A DNA stretch of 64,000 bases from Candidatus Methanomethylophilus sp. UBA78 (GTDB lineage Archaea; Thermoplasmatota; Thermoplasmata; Methanomassiliicoccales; Methanomethylophilaceae): the NCBI GenBank assembly GCA_002503545.1, contig DARY01000027.1:4165-68164 (forward strand), given 5' to 3'. The translations under genes were made by a program, and so were the position numbers. Each line of letters starts with the position of its first letter. Within the stretch, counting starts at the first letter, position 1. Below are positions 9,864 through 18,802 of the stretch, one piece after another. The notes under the pieces were generated by a model, which was not told where the DNA came from, made no database searches, and worked only from the letters and a program-made list of their open reading frames with translations.

Positions 9864-10712
9864 ATGACCATGAGGAGCCGTTCTAAGAAGTCCAATGAAC
9901 ACTCTTCCTACAGGTCCGGGTCCCGGAGAAAGGGCAGGTCCCTCGAACAGCGCATAGAGGACATGCCCGTCAAGAAGGCCTCCACACTGTCGAACGTCCT
10001 CTTCGCCGCCGACATCTTCTTCGTGATCCTCATCGTCCTCTTCTTCACGGGGAACCTCGGGGAGTACAGGGCGACGCTCTTCCTGCTGCCGATACTCGCC
10101 TACGTCGTATTGGAGAGCCCTGGCTTCAGGCTGCGCACCCTCAAGAAGACCACCTGGGTGCTGCTGGCGGACGTCGTATCCGTCGCCGCCATAGTGATCT
10201 TGTGCATCGAGATAGACAGGATCCTGATGGACGCCGGTGCGGCGGAGATCCTCCTCTCCGTGCTGTACCTTGCGGTCATGGTCGTCATGTCGGAGTTCCT
10301 GTGCAGGAACAAATGGGCCTACTACCTGATGATGCCCGTGACCTTCGTCGCGTTCATCGCCATCGCCCTCCGCCACATGCCCGGATACGAGATCCTGGCC
10401 TCCACGATCGGTGCGGTAGCGGCCATATCGGTCACCCTCTCCTACAGGAACCACCGCTACTACTTCGGCTTCGGCAGGGACGACCGCATCCTGGCCCTGG
10501 TCTCCGAGAGCAAATGGGGCGAGGAGGAGGCCATGAGGCAGACGTTCTCCGAAGAGGAGATGCGTCAGATGGTCTTCGTCAGGGAGAGGAAGCCGTGGAG
10601 GGAGAGGATCCCCAAGAAGGGGGAGACCCCGGAGAAGGAGAACGCCCCGAGGAAAGAGACGGTCCCGGACAAGGATCCCGAGGACGGCCGTGCCGGCGGG
10701 GACAGGGACTGA
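9864..10712 (+). CDS. hypothetical multi-pass membrane protein
   Basis: 282-aa ORF with about 6 hydrophobic segments and charged termini; host-like codon usage. Confidence 0.7.
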   Translation: MTMRSRSKKSNEHSSYRSGSRRKGRSLEQRIEDMPVKKASTLSNVLFAADIFFVILIVLFFTGNLGEYRATLFLLPILAYVVLESPGFRLRTLKKTTWVLLADVVSVAAIVILCIEIDRILMDAGAAEILLSVLYLAVMVVMSEFLCRNKWAYYLMMPVTFVAFIAIALRHMPGYEILASTIGAVAAISVTLSYRNHRYYFGFGRDDRILALVSESKWGEEEAMRQTFSEEEMRQMVFVRERKPWRERIPKKGETPEKENAPRKETVPDKDPEDGRAGGDRD

Positions 10713-10713
10713 A

Positions 10714-11523
10714 TCAGATCTCCCCGGCCGCCCTCATCCTCTGAACGCGGTCCAGGGCCTCCCTCGCCCCGGGATAGCCCTGGGCGGCCGAGCGGCGCAG
10801 CAGTTCTATGGCCATGGTGGTGTTCGGTTCCGCGGTCTGCTTCCTCACGTGCATCATGGCCAGACGGTACTGTGCCCGGGCGTCCCCCTTGCTGGCGGCC
10901 GCGCGGAACCACCTCTCGGCCTTGCGCAGGTCCTTCCCGACGCCCTTGCCGTCGTGGTACATGGCCCCCACCGTCGTCTGCGCCTCGGGGAGCTTCCTCT
11001 TGGCCGCCTCGTAGTACCAGCGGAAGGCCTTGTAGTAGTCGGGGAGGGTGCCCTCCCCGCGCTCGTACATGCGTCCGAGCTCGTATTTGGCCTCGGCCGA
11101 GGCGTGCCCCGCCACCTCGAGGAGCATGTTGAAGGCCCTGTCCTCGTCGCGGGCGACGCCCTGTCCCCGGCGGTACATCATGGCGACGGCCGCCTTCGCC
11201 TCGTGGCTGCCCTGCTCCGCCGACCTGGAGAGCCAGAGGAAGGCCTTCTCGTCGGACCTCCCGACGCCGAAGCCCTCGAGGTACCTCCTGCCGAGCTCGT
11301 ACTGCGCCTCCCCGAGGCCGCCCTCGGCGGCGATCTCGATCCATTCGGTGCACTGCTGGGGGGAGAGCAGGTTGTACTCCCCGCCGATTCCGGCGACGGC
11401 GTAGGCCGCCTCGGGACCGCCCGTCCGGTGGATCTCGCCGAGGCATGCCTCGGCGGTCTCCACGTCCCCCGCCTCTATGGCCGCGAACGCCCTCTCGATA
11501 AGTTCCTCGTCCATTTCGTTCAC
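10714..11523 (-). CDS. Sel1-like (SLR/TPR) repeat protein
   Basis: Repeated AQYELGRRYLEGFGV / AKYELGRMYERGEG / AQTTVGAMYHDGKGV units. Confidence 0.9.
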   Translation of the reverse strand: MNEMDEELIERAFAAIEAGDVETAEACLGEIHRTGGPEAAYAVAGIGGEYNLLSPQQCTEWIEIAAEGGLGEAQYELGRRYLEGFGVGRSDEKAFLWLSRSAEQGSHEAKAAVAMMYRRGQGVARDEDRAFNMLLEVAGHASAEAKYELGRMYERGEGTLPDYYKAFRWYYEAAKRKLPEAQTTVGAMYHDGKGVGKDLRKAERWFRAAASKGDARAQYRLAMMHVRKQTAEPNTTMAIELLRRSAAQGYPGAREALDRVQRMRAAGEI

Positions 11524-11581
11524 CGAGGCGTCACGGTACCGGTAACGCCGTATGCGACGATAAAGCAGACGGTGCCCCGTC

Positions 11582-12289
11582 TCACTCCTTCCCCGCCTCT
11601 TTCTCCTCTATGAGCTTTATGTGGTCCTTCGCCCTCACGAATCCGAGTTCGAAGGCCCTCTGGAAGTACTCCTTGGCCTTGCCGAGGTCCCTCTCCGTCC
11701 CGTCCCCGTAGAGGTACAGGACAGCGGTGTCGTAGACCGCCTTGGCGTAGCCGCCCTCGGCGGCGGTCCGGCAGAGGAGGAACGCCTTGGCCGGGTCCTT
11801 CTCCACGCCCCTGCCCTCGTGGTACAGGTGGCCCAGGCTGTAGGCGGCTTCCGGCATGCCCATCGATGCGGCCTTGAGGTACAGGAGGGAGGCGTATCCG
11901 AAGTTCACCTCGCACCCGAGTCCGCTCTCGTAGAAGGTCCCGAGGTTGTAGATGGCGCTGCGGTTGTTCTGCGCCGCCGCCTTCTCGGTCCACTCGAAGG
12001 CCCTGGCGGGGGAGCGCTGCGTGTTCCTGCCGGTGGCGTACATGAGTCCCAACTCGTTCTGCGCGTCGGCGTTCCCGCCGACGGCGCCCTTGCGGAACCA
12101 CATGAGAGCCTTCTTCAGATCCTGTGCGGCGCCGATACCGTAGTAGAGCATGTTACCCACGCGGAACTGCGCCTCCGCGTTGCCGTTCTCGGCGCTTTTC
12201 AGGAAATGCCCGAAAGCGCCCTCGAAATCCTTCTCCTCGAACGCCTTCCTCCCTGCTTCGAATTCGGCGTCCGTCCTGTCTTCTGGCAT
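11582..12289 (-). CDS. Sel1-like repeat protein
   Basis: AQFRVGNMLYYGIG, AQNELGLMYATG, AAYSLGHLYHEGRGV repeats. Confidence 0.9.
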   Translation of the reverse strand: MPEDRTDAEFEAGRKAFEEKDFEGAFGHFLKSAENGNAEAQFRVGNMLYYGIGAAQDLKKALMWFRKGAVGGNADAQNELGLMYATGRNTQRSPARAFEWTEKAAAQNNRSAIYNLGTFYESGLGCEVNFGYASLLYLKAASMGMPEAAYSLGHLYHEGRGVEKDPAKAFLLCRTAAEGGYAKAVYDTAVLYLYGDGTERDLGKAKEYFQRAFELGFVRAKDHIKLIEEKEAGKE

Positions 12290-12331
12290 GGGTGGTACGT
12301 ATGGGGACGGTCGTATTTTACAGATGGTACC

Positions 12332-12715
12332 TCAGGTCCTCGCCGGCCGCCTCCTGGCGGCCTCGCTGATGCACTCCCAGGCCCTCTCGGAGGAGCGTTC
12401 GACGCCGATCCCCTCTTGGTACATCCTGCCGAGGATCAGGAGGGACTCCGGGTCTCCCAGTCCGGCCGCCCGGCGGTAGATGCGGGCGGCCCTCTCGGCG
12501 TCGGAGGGGGCGAAGTCGCCTTCGAAGAACATGCGGCCCAGTTCGCGGAGGGTCTCCACGTCGTCGCTGAGCTCGGCGCCGTAGTACAGGGCCAGGGCCA
12601 TGCGCTCGCTCCTCTCGACGCCCTGCCCCACGTAGTAGAGGCGTCCCAGGCGGAGGCAGGAGGGGCCGTCCCCTTTGACGGCCCCGGATGTCAGGGTCTC
12701 TATAACGTTGACCAT
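12332..12715 (-). CDS. short Sel1-like repeat protein
   Basis: LGRLYYVGQGVERS, LGRMFFEG, LGRMYQEGIGVERS. Confidence 0.8.
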   Translation of the reverse strand: MVNVIETLTSGAVKGDGPSCLRLGRLYYVGQGVERSERMALALYYGAELSDDVETLRELGRMFFEGDFAPSDAERAARIYRRAAGLGDPESLLILGRMYQEGIGVERSSERAWECISEAARRRPART

Positions 12716-13042
12716 GTTAGATTGTATGGTGTATTAAATATATATCCGATAGGATGTTATTAACACATATTGGAAAGGATATGTCAGATGTTCTGGGGCA
12801 TCGCCATCGCTCGCAAACAACTGGATGAAGTATGTCTGGCTCATGCATCGTTTCACGGGATCCGGATCGCCCGGATCATCCTTCGTGACAGCGGTATCCG
12901 CTTTCCGGCCGCGAGTACAGAGAGATCTTTTCTAAGGTGACAGACCCAGACTCCGCATCGGACGGACAATGCTCTGCAGAACGGTCCTGCAGCGGTCCGT
13001 ATCCCCGCAGTCTGGATCATTGAATCCGGGTCGGCTGGCGCC

Positions 13043-13714
13043 TCACCGTCCGCCGATCTCCGCCATCGCCTCGGCGGCCTCCGGGACCCCGGCCTTGGCC
13101 GCCTTCCCGAGCCATTTCCTCGCCTCGCGGTCGTCCTTCTGCACCCCGAGCCTGTCTATGTACATGGTCCCCAGGAGGTATTGGGAAAAGGGGTCGCCCC
13201 TGTCCGCCGCCTTCCTGAGGACGGCGGCCGCCCGGACGTACCTCTCGGATTCGTAGTAGAAGAGACCCAGACGGGAGAGGACGGCCGCATCGTCCGACCT
13301 CTCGGATGCGGAGAGGAGCTCCTCGGCTTTACCGTCGTCCTTCTCCGTCCCCCTGCCTTCGGCGGTGAACATGGCGGCGTAGAGGGCGCCCATGGCGGAA
13401 CCGTGCTCCGCGGCCCGGGTGAAGAGGTCGAAGGCGGTCTCGTCGTCCTTCTCGACGCCGAGTCCCTCCGAGTAGTTGTAGCCGAGGTTGAACTCGGCGT
13501 CGCCGAAGCCCTGGGAGGCGGCGGCCGAGAACCAGTTGTTCGCCTCCTCGAGGTCCTTCTCCACGCCCTCGCCGGAGGCGTAGACGGTGCCGACGAAGGA
13601 CTGGACCTCGGGGTCGCCCTCCTCGGCGTATTGCAGGAGGACGGGGATGCTGTGCTCGTAGTCCCCCTTCTCGAACAGTTCGAAGGCTTGCTCCAGTTCA
13701 GGGTCGGCTGTCAT
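13043..13714 (-). CDS. Sel1-like repeat protein
   Basis: VGTVYASGEGVEKD, AEFNLGYNYSEGLGVEKD, SQYLLGTMY repeats. Confidence 0.9.
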   Translation of the reverse strand: MTADPELEQAFELFEKGDYEHSIPVLLQYAEEGDPEVQSFVGTVYASGEGVEKDLEEANNWFSAAASQGFGDAEFNLGYNYSEGLGVEKDDETAFDLFTRAAEHGSAMGALYAAMFTAEGRGTEKDDGKAEELLSASERSDDAAVLSRLGLFYYESERYVRAAAVLRKAADRGDPFSQYLLGTMYIDRLGVQKDDREARKWLGKAAKAGVPEAAEAMAEIGGR

Positions 13715-13783
13715 GGGGGAGGGAAGGGAGTTGAGGTATTAATGCTGTCGAATTCTTGTTTGAACAGTTTAAAATATAATTAA

Positions 13784-13815
13784 TGGTTGAAGGTATTTGA
13801 TATACCATTCAACCA
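13784..13815. terminator. hairpin just downstream of the island operon
   Basis: TGGTTGAA-GGTAT-(TTGAT)-ATACC-A-TTCAACCA inverted repeat, 16 nt past the last island stop codon. Confidence 0.55.
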
Positions 13816-13831
13816 CTTAAGAGAGTTTAAT

Positions 13832-14401
13832 TTAGTTTTTCAAGTCAATTTTTAAATCATTGAGTTCTTTGAACTCATTTAGGGTTTCTCTCATGAACGA
13901 GATCATTTCCTGAGGTGAGGATATATTCATGACTTTTTCGTGGATTAACTCTAATCCTCCGAGAACATATTCGTCGATGATTTCGCTATTATCCCCGTAT
14001 TTTGATTTAGCTATCAAATTTTCGTTTGATACGTCATTTGTTGGATAATCAAATCTGAGGGCATTATCTATTTTCTCAGAAAATGGAGTATCTGTTGGAT
14101 TTCCATATAGTAAAATTATTTTTCTAAGTCTGTCATAACCATATATTCCGCCTTTATCTGCATAAGCCCATCTGAATCCAGAGGGGTCTGAGTTGTTTGG
14201 ATTGTCTATAGTTGGATCGTAAGTATGCTTTCTGCCTTTCATGAGGCCATAGAGTGCGCAGAACGCATAACCCTCATAAATTTCATTGAATATTTTTTGG
14301 TAAGATGCAGCACCTCCCGTAAGGTCTTTCATACAATCTGCATACTTTCCTCTAAAATTCCATACCTGTGTCGTCTCATTTTTGTTTTTAGAGAAAGCCA
14401 T
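13832..14401 (-). CDS. hypothetical protein, DndE-like accessory of the DndD-like ATPase module
   Basis: Overlaps the ATPase stop by 1 nt; FRGKYA...IF..IYEGYAFCALYGLMKGRK...DEYVLGGLELI pattern resembles, from memory, small partners of DndD-like ATPases. Confidence 0.55.
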   Translation of the reverse strand: MAFSKNKNETTQVWNFRGKYADCMKDLTGGAASYQKIFNEIYEGYAFCALYGLMKGRKHTYDPTIDNPNNSDPSGFRWAYADKGGIYGYDRLRKIILLYGNPTDTPFSEKIDNALRFDYPTNDVSNENLIAKSKYGDNSEIIDEYVLGGLELIHEKVMNISSPQEMISFMRETLNEFKELNDLKIDLKN

Positions 14402-16344
14402 TAATCCGCCTCCACTATACGGGACTGTGTTTCAGATATTTTCTCAATACGGTATTTTTTTCCTACATTTTTTTCAAGAGTTTGAGATGCTACAGACCAA
14501 TCCTTGTCCATTAATGCCATAATCGCTTGTTCTGAAAGTTTTGGCAGTTCTTTGCATATGTTTTTGATGTGTCCTTCGTCTGTATTGGAGAATACTGCAT
14601 CCATGACCAATGGGTATGCTTCTGATCTTAGATCCAGAACGGTGCGTTCTTTGGCAACTTTCAAAAGAGAAGCGATGAATGCAAAATTTTGAACAGTATC
14701 CAATCCTTTTGAATTATCGAGACGATCTCCGCCAACATTCAAAGTAACTTTGTAGTCTGGAGTAAGTTCGATCGTACGTTTTCCATGATACATATTATTG
14801 AATACATTGGTCAATGTCTCTTTTACATCGTCAAATATTTCTTTCGAGTTAGATTCATAGCTTTCCTTAGCTTTTGCACAAAGTGCATTAACATATCTTA
14901 ATTTTTCAAGAATTTCTTTATTGAATCTATCTTCTTTACCGGCAGCACTGAGTTGACGATTGAGATCTTCGATTTTCTTTTGAATTGTTTGTATAGTCGC
15001 TTCATATCTGATTCTGTCTCTATTGAATCCATCTCTTTGGCTTCTAAGGCGCTCATACTCTTCTTTTACAGTATCTGCGTCTCTATTGTCTCCAATTCTG
15101 TCTGTGATGATGGATTGTTCGTACTCCATAACATCGAGAGTGGCTAATTGTTTTGAATATGCAGTATCTAGTCTTTCGAATAGATCTCTTTTCGAATGTT
15201 CTTTTTGTAAGGCAGAAAGGTCATTATTTAGATGGCGGATTTGTGTCCCTATAGATTCTGGGGGTAGATAAGACAATAATTCTATGAGTTCATCTCTGCA
15301 GTTTTTATTTGATGATAAGTCTGTTCCACATATGCATTTTCTACGAGACAGCAGGTAATTTACCGCAACCGCAGTCATGTCGGGAATCCCTTTGTCTTCG
15401 TAATTTAGAGAAACCATATTTTTTAAGATACTTTTAGAAACATAATTTACTATCAGCTCTGCTGTTGCTGGAACAAATGCAGAAACAAGATCTATTTCTG
15501 TGTTGGCAGAATCCTTCTGTATTTCTTTGATTTTTGTATCAAGAACTCTCAATCTGGAAGCGTCTTCTGCATATCCTTGGATTCTACCGAGTTCCTGTGC
15601 TTTACTACTTACAAGGTTTTCAAGAGTATTGTAACGTTTTTCTGCGTCTTTGTAAGATTCTTGAGCTCTTTCAAGTTCATTTTTCTGATTATTTATTTTT
15701 AAATTTATTTCTCCAATGCCCGAATCTTCTTTCATTAGTCCGCGGAGAGTTTTTTCAACATTATTCCGTCCATTTTCTAAATGGTTGATCATATGTTCCA
15801 GCGGAACTAATCCCATTATTGTGTTGATTGAATTTTTGACATTTTCGGGTTTGCGTGATTCGGCTATTTTCTCTCCGTCGAAGAAAAAATATTCTGAAAG
15901 AGACTCTGGGAGAATTTCTTTGAGTTTTATATCTCCTCCCTTGACAGCTATTTTTTCACCGTTTGAGTCGTAGAAGTAAGTCATCGAAGACCGATTAGCG
16001 AGATATGCATCTCCTGATTCTTTAGAGATATATTCATACTTTCTATAGGTCTCATAAGTTATTCCTTGGTGTATAAATGTTAGAGATACTTTGACATCCT
16101 TAGTATCTCCTTTGCGCATTTGTTTACGTACGTCGCTATTTATGACATTTTTTTGATCTGATTTTTTACCAGTAAAGTTGCAATCGTCATACAACACCCA
16201 ACGGAATGCCTGGACAAGCGTGGTTTTTCCACTGGTGTTTTTGCCAAGGAACAGGGTTACATTTTTTTCAGTGTCGGTGGAAAATTCTATTTTTTCATCT
16301 ACGTACTGTCTAAAGTTATACAGATGGAGGGTTTTTAGTAGCAT
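14401..16344 (-). CDS. SMC/Rad50-like ABC ATPase, DndD-like, with CxC hinge motif
   Basis: LYNFRQY, Walker A GKNTSGKTT, YFFFDGEKI, long coiled coil with KCICG, signature NSKGL, Walker B PLVMDAVFSNTD. Confidence 0.88.
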   Translation of the reverse strand: MLLKTLHLYNFRQYVDEKIEFSTDTEKNVTLFLGKNTSGKTTLVQAFRWVLYDDCNFTGKKSDQKNVINSDVRKQMRKGDTKDVKVSLTFIHQGITYETYRKYEYISKESGDAYLANRSSMTYFYDSNGEKIAVKGGDIKLKEILPESLSEYFFFDGEKIAESRKPENVKNSINTIMGLVPLEHMINHLENGRNNVEKTLRGLMKEDSGIGEINLKINNQKNELERAQESYKDAEKRYNTLENLVSSKAQELGRIQGYAEDASRLRVLDTKIKEIQKDSANTEIDLVSAFVPATAELIVNYVSKSILKNMVSLNYEDKGIPDMTAVAVNYLLSRRKCICGTDLSSNKNCRDELIELLSYLPPESIGTQIRHLNNDLSALQKEHSKRDLFERLDTAYSKQLATLDVMEYEQSIITDRIGDNRDADTVKEEYERLRSQRDGFNRDRIRYEATIQTIQKKIEDLNRQLSAAGKEDRFNKEILEKLRYVNALCAKAKESYESNSKEIFDDVKETLTNVFNNMYHGKRTIELTPDYKVTLNVGGDRLDNSKGLDTVQNFAFIASLLKVAKERTVLDLRSEAYPLVMDAVFSNTDEGHIKNICKELPKLSEQAIMALMDKDWSVASQTLEKNVGKKYRIEKISETQSRIVEAD

Positions 16345-16481
16345 TCTTTATACACCTCATCTATTATTTTCATAATGTTTTCGACGGCAGCGCGATCCCC
16401 ATCTATCATGCCATCCCCTCTTTCATAATCCATTATTTTTTTCCACATTTTCTCTATTTTATTTTGATTTAAATCATTCAT
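16335..16481 (-). CDS. 48-aa small protein coupled to the helicase and ATPase genes
   Basis: Manual translation MNDLNQNKIEKMWKKIMDYERGDGMIDGDRAAVENIMKIIDEVYKECY*; overlaps the helicase end and the ATPase start, filling the gap exactly. Confidence 0.75.
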   Translation of the reverse strand: MNDLNQNKIEKMWKKIMDYERGDGMIDGDRAAVENIMKIIDEVYKECY

Positions 16482-18645
16482 TTTGATCTTCCCCGTATGT
16501 GTTTAAAAGATCTTCGATAGTTATTTTGTATGCTTTGGAGATTCTTTTGAATACATTCTCAGTTTCTTCAGGATTCAGTGAAATTCTAGAGAATTCTTTC
16601 ATTCTGAGAATTTCTTTGGATAACGCTTTCATTTCCAGTCCAGAATGTTCACCTAAGGATCTGTCGCTATCAAGACTTTTAGGAATCACTATTAAATCGT
16701 AAATGTCTGCGTAGTCCTTTCCCGGAGATAAGCGGAGGACCCTTCCTCTTCTTTGAATATATTCACGAGGATTGTTATTACTGCTCATTATGACTGCGGT
16801 TCTTATTGAAGGGATGTCAATCCCCTCATCCAGACAAGAGATTGCAACAATTCCATCTATTTCGCCGTTATCAAATTCTTTTATGATTCTTTTACGCTCT
16901 TGGGCATTTTCTTCGTAAGTTATGCGAGATATTTTGAAACCCAGTCCATTTAATCCCAAGATGCGAGATGCTTTGTCGATGACCTTTAAGAAATTTGAAT
17001 GACTATTTTTGTCAAAATCTCCTTCTTCATCTGTCTTGGTTTTCCCACAGTATACTAAGAAGTGGTTTTTATTTTCAAAACCCATCATTAGTTTTTCTAG
17101 AGCCGAGAATTTTGATAGCATCTTGGCGTTTAATGAGTAACTATATTCGATATACTCGTTTTTTGCAGATGTTTTTTCGCGTTCGCTCGCATACGGATTC
17201 GATAAAATCTGATCGAGTTTTTCATTGGATTCTACAATCTGAGAGTACTCTTCTTCTGAGTAATTGCATTCTATTGGATGATAGAGATAATTTGCCAGAT
17301 ATGTTCCTATGGCAGACTCTATCGGTAAATTTATGCATTCTTCTCCGAAGTATTTTTTTAGTTTTTCAGTCCCCAACGCGTCATTATGTCTGTCAATAGT
17401 TGCAGAAAGAGCCAGACGATATTTTGCATTCGGTGGCAATTTGGTTAAGCGATTAATGGAACCCATGTTGTGGGCTTCATCGACTACTATCGCCAGGTTT
17501 TTGATTTTAGAAATCCACTTTTGGATTTCGGTTGATGAAAATGAAGATATTGTCGTAATCAAACAAGAATTGCGAGGAGATCTTTCGTAAAGTGACATGT
17601 GTCTTCTAAATTTATCTTTCCACATTCCAGATGATGAGTCTGAATGGCCGATTATTGGTATGACTCCGAATGATTTTACTTCCTCGCCCCATTGATCTAC
17701 TAAATGTTTTTGTGGAGCCACAATTATAGTGAATATATTTTCATCCGGATGATCATTGTACAGTTCTTCCAATGCACACAATGCGGTTTTTGTCTTACCT
17801 GTGCCTGTGGCCATATTGAATATTCCACGACCATCATGTTCAAGCCAGTTTTTTATCGCATCTTTCTGGTATGGGCGCTTTATCAGTTCTTTTGGCGACT
17901 TAAAGTATCTTGATTTTGGTATGCAGTCGTATTTTTCGAGAAGTTTTTTGTCAAGATCTAGATTTATTTCGCCTACTCTATATCCACCTATAAGATCTTG
18001 GACGACCTGTGGCATTTCTAAAACCATCACAGATTCATCAGAGTTGTTCCAAAGATCTTCGAATTTTTTGGATAACGTCGCAATGCGTTCCTCATTATTT
18101 GCACTTGCCGAAGACACTTCTATAAATTCCCAATTTCCACCCATTCCATTTTTGGATTCATTCATCGATCCGCTGAACGCAGCCTTATTTCCAAACGAGT
18201 CTGTCATGATTCCAAATTTTGGGTGAAATACAGCGTCGGGGTAATCGTCAAGGTTGCGCATCACTGCGATTTTAATTTTTAAAATGCCTGCAGCGATCAA
18301 TTCGGACAGAAGAGATATGCGATCAAGAGATGTAGCGTCGTCTGGATTTTCGAAGCTGTTAACCATAGATGTGCCAACAGTTTGTATTAGATCATACCCC
18401 TTTTTTATTGCAGATATGTCTTCTTGATTCAGACGAGGTGACGTTATGATTCTTATTTTTCCGCCTCTTGATGCAAGATCACATACTCCAATTGAAATTT
18501 CAACAAGAGATGATGACGTAAAATAGCCTGATGCTCTATCATAGCGATCACTGTTTTTCAGCGCAGGTATGAAAAATTGCCGAATGATATCATCTTTTGG
18601 TGGAAAATAGAAATTTTTGAATTCTACGTCCTTTAGGTTATTCAT
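16474..18645 (-). CDS. PLD-family nuclease fused to SF2 (DEAH) helicase
   Basis: YDRASGYFTSSSL, FHPKFGIMTD...FSGSMNES (HKD/GSxN), MATGTGKT, VVDEAH, LSAT, LDEGIDIP, QRRGRVLR. Confidence 0.9.
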   Translation of the reverse strand: MNNLKDVEFKNFYFPPKDDIIRQFFIPALKNSDRYDRASGYFTSSSLVEISIGVCDLASRGGKIRIITSPRLNQEDISAIKKGYDLIQTVGTSMVNSFENPDDATSLDRISLLSELIAAGILKIKIAVMRNLDDYPDAVFHPKFGIMTDSFGNKAAFSGSMNESKNGMGGNWEFIEVSSASANNEERIATLSKKFEDLWNNSDESVMVLEMPQVVQDLIGGYRVGEINLDLDKKLLEKYDCIPKSRYFKSPKELIKRPYQKDAIKNWLEHDGRGIFNMATGTGKTKTALCALEELYNDHPDENIFTIIVAPQKHLVDQWGEEVKSFGVIPIIGHSDSSSGMWKDKFRRHMSLYERSPRNSCLITTISSFSSTEIQKWISKIKNLAIVVDEAHNMGSINRLTKLPPNAKYRLALSATIDRHNDALGTEKLKKYFGEECINLPIESAIGTYLANYLYHPIECNYSEEEYSQIVESNEKLDQILSNPYASEREKTSAKNEYIEYSYSLNAKMLSKFSALEKLMMGFENKNHFLVYCGKTKTDEEGDFDKNSHSNFLKVIDKASRILGLNGLGFKISRITYEENAQERKRIIKEFDNGEIDGIVAISCLDEGIDIPSIRTAVIMSSNNNPREYIQRRGRVLRLSPGKDYADIYDLIVIPKSLDSDRSLGEHSGLEMKALSKEILRMKEFSRISLNPEETENVFKRISKAYKITIEDLLNTYGEDQNE

Positions 18646-18802
18646 CAGGCATCCTGTCCAGATCTTAAGATCTATGGCACAGTATATGGATGTGGCGGAT
18701 TGATAACTTAAAAAGGTTATCTTTCATTCATCGATTTTTAATTTTATGTACCAAATGATACAATTGGTTTCAAATTAAATTCAAAACCGCCGGAAGTATG
18801 TT

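Noticed and set aside
13832-18645. Canonical Dnd phosphorothioation or Wadjet/condensin system
   Set aside because: No DndA/DndC/DndB and no kleisin, KITE or JetD-like genes seen; only the ATPase and its small partner are Dnd-like
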